Source: an uncultured virus (IMG/VR IMGVR_UViG_3300042562_001845)
Lineage: Duplodnaviria; Heunggongvirae; Uroviricota; Caudoviricetes
Length of the DNA stretch: 20,000 bases
Strand: one strand, 5' to 3'
Virus record (IMG/VR): IMGVR_UViG_3300042562_001845
The translations under genes and the position numbers were made by a program. The notes below the pieces were generated by a model, which made no database searches, was not told the origin of the DNA, and saw only the letters and a list, made by a program, of their open reading frames with translations. Shown here piece after piece: positions 1-7,818 of the stretch (position 1 is its first letter; every line of letters begins with the position of its first letter).

Positions 1-2280
1 GTTCCTGCCGGTGGAACAACAAGTATCATAGCGTCTCGATACAACGGTGTTAATGGATGGGCTCTTGGTTATAATAATCAAGGAGTGGTTTATTTTGATG
101 GAAGAGAAAGTGGTGCAGAATATCTGTCAGTAACTGCAAGTATTCCAGTAAAGTCTTCAAATAGTACTACGAATGGTGGTTGGTACAACGCGGTTGGAAC
201 AAAACAAGGAAGTGTTTGGAGTATATACGTTGCAGAAACCAATAGGTATATTGTCGATGGAGATAGAAGTATATATGTAGCAGCGTACCAACAATCTCTT
301 TTAGGTACTCGAACAATGGGAGTTGGAACTACTACATTCACAACAAACAATCTATATTTAGGTTGTGTTGTATTTGGCACACCTACTTTACACATGGATG
401 GAAGGTTGATGTCTTTGTCGGTATACAACAGAGCACTATCTCTTAGTGAGATAAACCAAAACTACGATTCTGTAACAAAGAGAATAATAAAAAATTCTGT
501 TCCTGCAAGTCCTGAGTTCATAACAAAATGGAATACAAGCATTCCAATAATGGAAACAGCAACCGGTATTATAGAGATACCTATAAATCCCTCATATACC
601 TACAACTACACAGTCGACTGGGGAGATGGAATAACTACTACCGGACACACAGGAAATGCGACACATACATATGCTACGAATGGTATATACACAGTAAAGA
701 TAACCGGAACTTTTCCTGCGATTTTTACATCTAACAATATTTATAAAGTTAGGATGATTGAGGTGAGTCAATGGGGAACAAATGTTTGGCAAACAATGGA
801 GAGTGCATTCTATGAATGTTCAAATATGAACGTGACTGCAACGGATGCACCTAATCTTTCTGTAGTTACAAATATGTTTGCAATGTTTAGAGGATGTATA
901 TCCATGAATGGTAATATATCGAGCTGGGACGTATCTAATGTTACGAGAATGATTGATATGTTCTCTCAAGCAACTTCGTTTAATCAGCCACTTAATTCTT
1001 GGAATGTTTCGGCGGTTACTGAAATGCAAGGTATGTTTGCAGGAGCAACGTCTTTTAATATGCCACTTTATTCTTGGAATACGATGTCAGTAATAAGTAT
1101 GGCGGGTATGTTCGGAAATGCGGTATTATTTAATCAGAATATATCTGCTTGGAATACCTCGGCTGTTACTGAAATGTCTAGTATGTTCGATGGGGCGACC
1201 GATTTCAATAATGGTGGACAACCGATGCTTACTAGCGGAAATAGCTGGAATACATCGGCGGTTACAGATATGAGTACCATGTTCTATCAGGCCAGTTCTT
1301 TCAATGCGAACATAAGCAATTGGAATACTGCAAATGTGACTAATATGGGTGCTATGTTCTATGAGGCAAGTGTTTTTAATTCGAACATAAGTAGTTGGAA
1401 TACTGTAAATGTGACTGCAATGTATAGTATGTTCTTTAACGCATATTCCTTCAACAGACCAATCGGTTCTTGGAACACTGCAAATGTGACTGGTATGGGT
1501 AGTATGTTCTGGGGTGCAACATTGTTCAATCAGAATATATCCGCTTGGAATACCGCTGCGGTTGTAGATATGAGTGGTATGTTCTTTAGTTCTGCATTCA
1601 ACAATGGTGGACAGCCAATGCCTACTAACGGAAATAGCTGGAATACATCGTCGGTTCAATATATGAGCAATATGTTCAATCAAGCTACAAACTTCAATCA
1701 AAATATAGCAACATGGAACACTTTGAGTGTTATTTCTATGAGACAGATGTTCTATGGTGCTTCTGCTTTCAACAATGGTGGACAACCGATGCCGACTAAT
1801 GGAAATAGTTGGAATACCACGAATGTTACAGATATGTGGGGTATGTTCTCTTACACTACAAACTTTAATCAAAACATAGCAACATGGAATACTGCAAATG
1901 TTACTACTATGGGTCCTATGTTCAACGGTAGTATATTCAACAATGGAGGACAACCAATACCAAGAAATGGAAGTAGCTGGAACACCGCATTGGTTACGGA
2001 TATGAACTCAATGTTCTATATGAACGACGCGTTCAACCAAAACATAGGAACTTGGAATGTTTCTAACGTAACAGACTTCACAAATTTCATGTCGACAAAA
2101 ACTCCGACTACGTTATCAACTGCGAATCTTGATGCTATATATATAGGATGGGTTAGTAGACCAGTTAAACCAAATATCATCATCTCGTTTGGAACGGCGA
2201 ATAGAACTTCCGCGAGTACAAGTGCAAGAAACGCATTAATAGTTGCTAATTTATGGACTATAACAGATGGTGGAATATAA
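1..2280 (+). CDS. LamG-like + PKD + DUF285/BspA-like (PARCEL) repeat surface/adhesin protein, 5'-truncated by the window
   Basis: Frame is open from base 1 (VPAGGTTSIIASRYNG...), so the true start lies upstream. LamG-like end 'GRLMSLSVYNRALSLSEINQNY'; PKD motif 'YTVDWGDG...HTYATNGIYTVKITG'; many ~25-aa repeats 'FNQxISxWNTSxVTxMxxMF'. Confidence 0.85.
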   Translation, partial: VPAGGTTSIIASRYNGVNGWALGYNNQGVVYFDGRESGAEYLSVTASIPVKSSNSTTNGGWYNAVGTKQGSVWSIYVAETNRYIVDGDRSIYVAAYQQSLLGTRTMGVGTTTFTTNNLYLGCVVFGTPTLHMDGRLMSLSVYNRALSLSEINQNYDSVTKRIIKNSVPASPEFITKWNTSIPIMETATGIIEIPINPSYTYNYTVDWGDGITTTGHTGNATHTYATNGIYTVKITGTFPAIFTSNNIYKVRMIEVSQWGTNVWQTMESAFYECSNMNVTATDAPNLSVVTNMFAMFRGCISMNGNISSWDVSNVTRMIDMFSQATSFNQPLNSWNVSAVTEMQGMFAGATSFNMPLYSWNTMSVISMAGMFGNAVLFNQNISAWNTSAVTEMSSMFDGATDFNNGGQPMLTSGNSWNTSAVTDMSTMFYQASSFNANISNWNTANVTNMGAMFYEASVFNSNISSWNTVNVTAMYSMFFNAYSFNRPIGSWNTANVTGMGSMFWGATLFNQNISAWNTAAVVDMSGMFFSSAFNNGGQPMPTNGNSWNTSSVQYMSNMFNQATNFNQNIATWNTLSVISMRQMFYGASAFNNGGQPMPTNGNSWNTTNVTDMWGMFSYTTNFNQNIATWNTANVTTMGPMFNGSIFNNGGQPIPRNGSSWNTALVTDMNSMFYMNDAFNQNIGTWNVSNVTDFTNFMSTKTPTTLSTANLDAIYIGWVSRPVKPNIIISFGTANRTSASTSARNALIVANLWTITDGGI

Positions 2281-2286
2281 TATATA
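2278..2286 (+). promoter_or_regulatory. TAATATATA motif, putative phage late promoter or initiation element
   Basis: Lies 4 nt before ATG 2291; identical motif and spacing at 9137-9145 (+) and 6725-6733 (-). Confidence 0.5.
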
Positions 2287-2290
2287 GTAT

Positions 2291-4075
2291 ATGATATCAA
2301 AATATAATAACTTTATTTTAGAAAAAGCTTTAAACGAGTCTACTTTATATGTTTCTCCTGAGATACTTAAAAGGCTACAAAAGATTGGTAGTGAAATATC
2401 AAGAGATTTAATAAATCAGTTAGGACAGGATATAAAGCCAGATGCAACATTCTTGGACGAAAGTGATAAAGAAGGTGAACTTACTTTCATCACGATAAGA
2501 AATGCAATCAAAAAACTAAGTGATATATATCATGGTGATCCAGATTTCGTTAAGAGTATTGGGGAGCCAGCAGTTGATACTTTTGCAATAAATATTTCAA
2601 CCATGTTAAAGAACAACGAACCTGATTTCTGGACTCAATCAAGAAATCCTATAAAGATAGGTAGATTCATAAGACAGGTATTTCCAGGTAAATATTCAGA
2701 TGTTGATATTGAGAAGTTTGTTAACGCATTCAAAAGCTCCGATGAAAAGGATCTACAGAAGTTCATTCTAGTAGAAGGAGAAGATATTGCAAAATACTAT
2801 TGGCACGAAAACTATAAAGAGATGGCAGGAGACTTAGGAAGATCTTGTATGGCAAGAAAGAAATTCTTCAACATCTATACTCAAAATCCAGAAGTTTGTA
2901 GACTTTTAGTTCTTTTAGAAGATGACAAAGTGATAGGAAGGTCTCTTATATGGAAGTTAGATAGAAACAACGGAGAAAGTGAGATTGAGTATTTCATGGA
3001 TAGACAATATACCATAGAGCAATCAGATGTCATCAAGTTCACAAACTACGCAAAAGAAAACGGATGGGCATATAAAACATACAACAACCACCATAGCTAT
3101 TCAAACATAACCCATTTAGGAAGAGAGATGAACTGTGAGATAGTCGTAAAGATAGAAAAGAAGAATTATGATGAGTATCCTTATATGGATACACTCAAAA
3201 GATTTAATCCAAAGACAGGAGAACTTTTCAACGATACGGATAAAGATGGAAATGAAGGTCAGTTTCTATTAGAAGATACTGATGGAGACTACACGGAAAT
3301 AAAATCGGGAAAATGGTCTGAATATTATGATACAGAAATAGATGAAGATGATGCTGTATGGTCTAATGCATATGGCGACTGGTTACCTGAGAACAGAGCA
3401 GTTCACATAGAAACAGGAAGAGGTAGAAGTAATACTGGATGGTTTCCAGAAGATGACGAAAACATCTACTACTCGGAATGGGAAGATGAATATCTACACA
3501 TAGACGACTGTAGATATTCTGAAGACAAAGACGAATACATACTGAGTAGAAATTCTATATCGGCTGCATATAAAATATATGAAGATGGAAGTATAGAAAC
3601 AAGCTGGTATCACCAAGACGACGACCATTGCATAGATATAGACAGAACGATGAGATGGTATGAAATACTATCGGAAAAAAATTCTGATTGGGAAGATGTT
3701 TCTAGAATGAATCTAAAAATCACAGATAGATGGAGTACAGTATATAAAGAATTCTATCCTAAGATATTCAAAGTATTCTTATATAGAATGAAAAATTCAA
3801 AAGATAAAATCTATCTAAGCGTAAGAGATGCGAAGATACTTGGATTTGAATATGACAAAGATGATATGATTGAGATAGATGACTTCGAATACCACAAGAG
3901 ATTGAATGAAGCTTATGTAAATGATAAAAGTTTATTTGATACTTTAACAGAGAAATTGGAGAATGATCTTATTCCGAATACAGAAAGAATCGCGGATGAA
4001 GGCGAAGAAGATATGAAACAAATGTATGTCAATAGGCTTCAAAGAGCTTGGGACAAAATGGGTTATGATAAATAA
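2291..4075 (+). CDS. Phage protein of unknown function (SCM / GRSLIW / MDRQY / YPYMDT motifs, acidic C-terminal repeats); possibly virion-associated
   Basis: 594-aa ORF co-oriented with the adhesin gene and closed by a strong terminator; N-terminal 'KYNNFILEKALNE'. Confidence 0.75.
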   Translation: MISKYNNFILEKALNESTLYVSPEILKRLQKIGSEISRDLINQLGQDIKPDATFLDESDKEGELTFITIRNAIKKLSDIYHGDPDFVKSIGEPAVDTFAINISTMLKNNEPDFWTQSRNPIKIGRFIRQVFPGKYSDVDIEKFVNAFKSSDEKDLQKFILVEGEDIAKYYWHENYKEMAGDLGRSCMARKKFFNIYTQNPEVCRLLVLLEDDKVIGRSLIWKLDRNNGESEIEYFMDRQYTIEQSDVIKFTNYAKENGWAYKTYNNHHSYSNITHLGREMNCEIVVKIEKKNYDEYPYMDTLKRFNPKTGELFNDTDKDGNEGQFLLEDTDGDYTEIKSGKWSEYYDTEIDEDDAVWSNAYGDWLPENRAVHIETGRGRSNTGWFPEDDENIYYSEWEDEYLHIDDCRYSEDKDEYILSRNSISAAYKIYEDGSIETSWYHQDDDHCIDIDRTMRWYEILSEKNSDWEDVSRMNLKITDRWSTVYKEFYPKIFKVFLYRMKNSKDKIYLSVRDAKILGFEYDKDDMIEIDDFEYHKRLNEAYVNDKSLFDTLTEKLENDLIPNTERIADEGEEDMKQMYVNRLQRAWDKMGYDK

Positions 4076-4076
4076 G

Positions 4077-4105
4077 AAAAGTCGAAGAGAAATCTTCGAC
4101 TTTTT
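4077..4105. terminator. Bidirectional intrinsic terminator
   Basis: aaaagtcgaaga-GAAA-tcttcgactttt, a perfect 12-bp inverted repeat including A and T tracts, between convergent stops at 4075 and 4109. Confidence 0.9.
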
Positions 4106-4108
4106 GAT

Positions 4109-4825
4109 TTATTTGGTGGCTACTAATACTTTTACTCTTGGAAACTTCGTGCTGAATATTCTATGGTATCCATCAATCACTCGCCATTTGTCTCCAGACT
4201 TCTTTACAATCCCTCTGATACCATTGTAGTTTTTATCAGAATAAAAATCTAAGTCTTTTTTCATTACTTTATCTAAATGCTTTTCGGTACCGAATATGAT
4301 GTCGTCTTTATCGATTGTAATAGATTCGTAGTTTGAATCTGTAATCTCTGGAAGAATCTTACCGTATTCTACTTTCAAAAGATACTCAATCTTTTCTTTT
4401 AAACTAGGTAATGAAAATACAGTCATAAGCTCTTCTTCAATCTTGTCTGCAATAGATTCTTTTATTCTGACATCGTTTACTTCTTGTCCATAGTACCCAC
4501 CTTCAACTTCAATATCCCAGTTATCAGATTCCCATATTTTATAGGATCTAATAATTCTATCAATCGTATAGATGTCTATGTCTTTTCCAATACCATAAAG
4601 AACTTCGTTGATTGTGTTGTTTCTATTAGCAGCCTTTCCTTCTTCGAAAAATTCGTCGTATATTTTTTTGACTATTAAAGATACATCAACAGACTCAACA
4701 GACTCATTATGAATACTACCACATCTACATATACCTTCTTCATCACACCCATAATTTTCACAATCATAAGTATAGCTATAGTCTACGTAAACACCGTTGT
4801 ATTGAAATTTTATGTCTTTGAGCAT
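4109..4825 (-). CDS. Protein with C-terminal ParB/Srx-like domain and N-terminal Cys cluster
   Basis: 'WRVIDGYHRIF' matches the ParB/sulfiredoxin xDGxHR motif; N-terminal CENYGCDEEGICRC. Confidence 0.65.
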   Translation of the reverse strand: MLKDIKFQYNGVYVDYSYTYDCENYGCDEEGICRCGSIHNESVESVDVSLIVKKIYDEFFEEGKAANRNNTINEVLYGIGKDIDIYTIDRIIRSYKIWESDNWDIEVEGGYYGQEVNDVRIKESIADKIEEELMTVFSLPSLKEKIEYLLKVEYGKILPEITDSNYESITIDKDDIIFGTEKHLDKVMKKDLDFYSDKNYNGIRGIVKKSGDKWRVIDGYHRIFSTKFPRVKVLVATK

Positions 4826-5115
4826 CTTCTTCTTAGTTTATATTTTCTACCCTCTATTGTTTTGTAGCCATAAAACTTACCGTCTCTCATAGAGATATAG
4901 ATTTCTTTGAGTATGTTTCCTGAAAGGTCGTGCCAGCCAGAATGAACCAGTTCTTCCTCACAGAATGGATACCATTGATTCAGTCTGTTGACTTTTCTCT
5001 TACCATCAACATTGATTGGATTATCTAAATAAAGAAACTTAGAATCACCAAGATTCTCGTTCTTCTTATACATCATCTTTATTCTTGAAACAAGGTGTGC
5101 CTTTATGAAATTCAT
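4810..5115 (-). CDS. Hypothetical protein
   Basis: 101-aa ORF overlapping both neighbours in an operon-like array. Confidence 0.7.
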   Translation of the reverse strand: MNFIKAHLVSRIKMMYKKNENLGDSKFLYLDNPINVDGKRKVNRLNQWYPFCEEELVHSGWHDLSGNILKEIYISMRDGKFYGYKTIEGRKYKLRRRCSKT

Positions 5116-5531
5116 ACTGCTTGCCCGTTTACGACTCCTTTGTGGTATCCTCTGAAGTCTGGATAGGTAATACCTTCTACTTTGTCTAAGTAGTTGGTGA
5201 TTGCCCCAATGATGTTTTGACGACCATTAGTATTGTCAGAGTGAACGTACCAGCTTTTAGGAAATGATTTGTCATTATCTAAGCAGTATCCGATTACATA
5301 GTCGACTGCATTTTTTCCCGTCATTTCGTTTCCGTCCGCGTCAAAGCAAGCCAAGTCGTGGTCGAAAGAGATCAAGTCAATGTCGTCGAATTTCGCGTTT
5401 ACAACGTCTACAAAGTCGTCGTAGGTTCTAACAATAGTCCAGTCAGAATCTTTGGAATAAGCTACTCCTAACCCTTTAGAAGAGTTGTGTGCCATGTTCG
5501 CGGATCTGATGTCGTCTAAAAATAAGTTCAT
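5112..5531 (-). CDS. Cyclic-phosphate-processing receiver-like domain protein
   Basis: 'LFLDDIR', 'ISFDHDL' and 'HSDNTNG' are the characteristic motifs of this phage-common receiver family. Confidence 0.8.
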   Translation of the reverse strand: MNLFLDDIRSANMAHNSSKGLGVAYSKDSDWTIVRTYDDFVDVVNAKFDDIDLISFDHDLACFDADGNEMTGKNAVDYVIGYCLDNDKSFPKSWYVHSDNTNGRQNIIGAITNYLDKVEGITYPDFRGYHKGVVNGQAV

Positions 5532-5532
5532 T

Positions 5533-5703
5533 TTAGTCTAAGTAAATGTCTAAGTATTCAGTGAAGCAATAGTCTAATAGTACGCCTTGGTACATCAGCT
5601 GTTCGTATTCAAAAAGGTTATCACACTTTGACAATCTGTCGATGATGAAGTTCGCGTAGATTTGTCCAAAGTATTGAGCGATTTGTTTTAGTTTATTTTT
5701 CAT
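5533..5703 (-). CDS. Hypothetical protein (56 aa, MKNKLKQIAQY...)
   Basis: ATG at 5703 forms an ATGA overlap with the stop of 5700..5954; preferred over the longer 5808 start. Confidence 0.65.
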   Translation of the reverse strand: MKNKLKQIAQYFGQIYANFIIDRLSKCDNLFEYEQLMYQGVLLDYCFTEYLDIYLD

Positions 5704-5954
5704 TGTTCGTTTTTTAAAAGTTCTTCTAATTGATTGATAGTTATTACAGACTCTACGTTTGTTAGGTTCTGCTCGCCTAGTGGTCTTGAAAGCTGAGATT
5801 TTAACCAAGTCTCTCTAGTACTATTCTTAATCTGCGTTGCCTTTTCAAAGGAAGTTGGATCGGAAGATACAATGTCCCATTCTTTTTTCCCAAAGTTTTC
5901 GCTAAACGGATCTGTTTCGGTCCAGCTGCAGATAACAACATATATATTTTCCAT
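5700..5954 (-). CDS. Hypothetical protein
   Basis: 84-aa ORF directly downstream of a TATCTTTG promoter element. Confidence 0.7.
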   Translation of the reverse strand: MENIYVVICSWTETDPFSENFGKKEWDIVSSDPTSFEKATQIKNSTRETWLKSQLSRPLGEQNLTNVESVITINQLEELLKNEQ

Positions 5955-5970
5955 AGTGTTTTATTTTAAA

Positions 5971-5978
5971 CAAAGATA
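5971..5978 (-). promoter_or_regulatory. Bacteroidota-type -7 promoter element TATCTTTG
   Basis: Matches TAnnTTTG in the intergenic gap, 16 nt upstream of ATG 5954. Confidence 0.65.
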
Positions 5979-5989
5979 AGGAATGTTTG

Positions 5990-6442
5990 CTAGTTTTGAA
6001 AGTTTCTAAGAAATTTCTTTTCGACTGGTCTCAAACCATCCATTCCGCACTGTCCGATTCTGTCCAGAACGAGGTCCATGTCGAGATTGTCGTAGATCCA
6101 TTGGTCGAGCTTGGCCTTGTACGTGTTCCATCGGAAACGATTTAAAGCGTTCACGAATGGTTTAAGCGAACTTTCAACACATAACTTGTTCTCTAACACT
6201 TTTTCAGAAACATCTTCTAATGTATGTTCAATAAAGTTATTGTCTAATATCTTGGAATACTTCTCTATGTCTAACGGAGAGAATATAAGATAAAGAGTAT
6301 ATCGTTCCTTATCATTGAAGTCAAAGAAGGAATCTGGGCTCATAGTAGATATTGTTAATTTCTCTTGCTCAGAAAACTTTTCGTAGTCTTTATCTAAATC
6401 AAAGGAAGATTTTGTAAATTTTATTTCATATAGTCTGTTCAT
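5990..6442 (-). CDS. Hypothetical protein with C-terminal DUF6576-like helical motif
   Basis: C-terminal 'MDLVLDRIGQCGMDGLRPVEKKFL' resembles the 'IDxILDKIxxxGxxSLTxxEKxFL' motif on Bacteroidota rhomboid tails and phage proteins. Confidence 0.6.
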   Translation of the reverse strand: MNRLYEIKFTKSSFDLDKDYEKFSEQEKLTISTMSPDSFFDFNDKERYTLYLIFSPLDIEKYSKILDNNFIEHTLEDVSEKVLENKLCVESSLKPFVNALNRFRWNTYKAKLDQWIYDNLDMDLVLDRIGQCGMDGLRPVEKKFLRNFQN

Positions 6443-6720
6443 CGTAAAAGTGTTTTTTTTATTATTCGGTCTTCTGAATAAGCGACAATGAAATAAAATC
6501 CCGGAATTTCACATTTTTCAAATGGTAAAAAATAATAGAAGTTATCATATACATCAACTTCAATGTTGTCTAACATAGTACCCATAGAGTTATAAAGATT
6601 TACCGAATAATGTGTTGATAAAGAGTCACTTTCAGACTTTAAAAGTGAGAATGGTGATTGTTGTTGAGCAAAAACGCCAATAGTAAAAATGGCAAAAAAT
6701 AAAAGTAGTTTGAATTTCAT
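6439..6720 (-). CDS. Small secreted protein resembling a stand-alone T9SS type A C-terminal sorting domain
   Basis: Signal peptide MKFKLLLFFAIFTIGVFA|QQ, then 'VNLYNSMGTML' and 'PGFYFIV...IIKKTLLR'. The start at 6720 follows TAATATATA at 4 nt. Confidence 0.55.
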   Translation of the reverse strand: MKFKLLLFFAIFTIGVFAQQQSPFSLLKSESDSLSTHYSVNLYNSMGTMLDNIEVDVYDNFYYFLPFEKCEIPGFYFIVAYSEDRIIKKTLLR

Positions 6721-6724
6721 ATTA

Positions 6725-6733
6725 TATATATTA
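6725..6733 (-). promoter_or_regulatory. TAATATATA motif
   Basis: 4 nt upstream of ATG 6720, same spacing as the copies at 2278 and 9137. Confidence 0.5.
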
Positions 6734-6764
6734 TTTATTAAAAACATGTAACATCATGATATAC

Positions 6765-7406
6765 TTATAACTCTATAATATCATTATGTTCTTGTCCTAA
6801 GATTTCAAAAGATTTCCAATCATATCCTGATTGTCTAGAATCTTTTGTCAGTGCCACATAGTAAATAGTACCACCTAAATCTGCTTTTATTACTTTTGGT
6901 ATAAGGTGATTCTTTACTTTCTTAAACTTCTCACAAAGTTTTTCGTTTACAGCTTCTTCGATTATACCAAATACATGACGATCAAAAACAGACTTCATCT
7001 TCTCTAATCTTCTAAGCTCTTCTCCTAGCTCGAATTTTCTTTTGTTGTTAAGAATGAAGTTTATTTTCTGTTCTCTTGCAAGCACTATGTCTTTTACAGA
7101 AAAAGATACTCTGTCTGTCGAATATGCCCATCCAAAATGGTCGTCTTTTCTTATAGAATATTTCCAGGCGATTCCATCTCTGTCGAAATAGATTTCTATA
7201 GCCTTTTCGCTTGTATCCATACTATCGTCATTGATTATCTTATCTATGAATTCTGAAAAGTCTTTTCTTCTCCTATCCGCTCTTTCTTTTGCACGAAGAT
7301 AAAGTTCATGTAGCTCTTTGAAACTCCAAGTCTTTGGATTTCTGTTGAATTTACATTCAAACTGCCATCTTCTCAAAAAGTTTACTCCCAAATTTTTATC
7401 GTACAT
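6765..7406 (-). CDS. Hypothetical protein
   Basis: 213-aa ORF containing REQKINFIL. Confidence 0.75.
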   Translation of the reverse strand: MYDKNLGVNFLRRWQFECKFNRNPKTWSFKELHELYLRAKERADRRRKDFSEFIDKIINDDSMDTSEKAIEIYFDRDGIAWKYSIRKDDHFGWAYSTDRVSFSVKDIVLAREQKINFILNNKRKFELGEELRRLEKMKSVFDRHVFGIIEEAVNEKLCEKFKKVKNHLIPKVIKADLGGTIYYVALTKDSRQSGYDWKSFEILGQEHNDIIEL

Positions 7407-7409
7407 TGC

Positions 7410-7649
7410 TTATTTTTTTAAGGTTTCGTCAATCTTGATTTCTCTCTCAATCGCTTCTTTATTTTGATGATACCAAATTCTAAAGTCACATCCGTAATAG
7501 ATGAACTCTTTGATAGATCCATCTTCATTTGTTTCTGCACAGCAAGTCTGTCCAAACATAAATTGGTTGAAACTTTCCATCCAATGAGTAGGAATCTCAG
7601 ATTCTCTAATGTCTCTACCTTCTTCGTATATTTCTTTTAGATTTTTCAT
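7410..7649 (-). CDS. Hypothetical protein
   Basis: 79-aa ORF in a tight array; ends with REIKIDETLKK. Confidence 0.7.
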   Translation of the reverse strand: MKNLKEIYEEGRDIRESEIPTHWMESFNQFMFGQTCCAETNEDGSIKEFIYYGCDFRIWYHQNKEAIEREIKIDETLKK

Positions 7650-7806
7650 AGTCTTTATTTGATTTTTCTTCTATGCCGTAAAATACCATAAGCTCATCAA
7701 TCCATCTTTTTATTATGGCTGCTTTTTCATACTCCTCAATCTCTACTACATAATCTAATCTCATTTTTAAAAAGATTATATCGTATGGTAAATCTTCATT
7801 TAACAT
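7615..7806 (-). CDS. Small UvrB/UvrC (UVR) coiled-coil motif protein
   Basis: 'VVEIEEYEKAAIIKRWI' matches the UVR motif (AxxxEDYExAAxLRDxI). Confidence 0.6.
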   Translation of the reverse strand: MLNEDLPYDIIFLKMRLDYVVEIEEYEKAAIIKRWIDELMVFYGIEEKSNKDYEKSKRNIRRR

Positions 7807-7818
7807 TTTATTTGATTT

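Noticed and set aside
1126..1953. 275-aa antisense ORF and other short shadow ORFs (e.g. 15031..15378, 15976..16350, 8068..8361)
   Set aside because: They lie entirely opposite or inside well-supported genes, have no recognisable motifs, and are explained by codon bias and repeats on the coding strand.
900..2100. Diversity-generating retroelement TR/VR pair
   Set aside because: The repeats are in-frame protein repeats. I saw no adenine-specific mismatch pattern, and there is no reverse transcriptase in the window.
5704..5808. Extended N-termini in the ORF track (starts at 5808, 6747, 9114, 15854)
   Set aside because: They overlap neighbouring genes or promoter elements; the downstream ATGs at 5703, 6720, 9063 and 15848 fit better.
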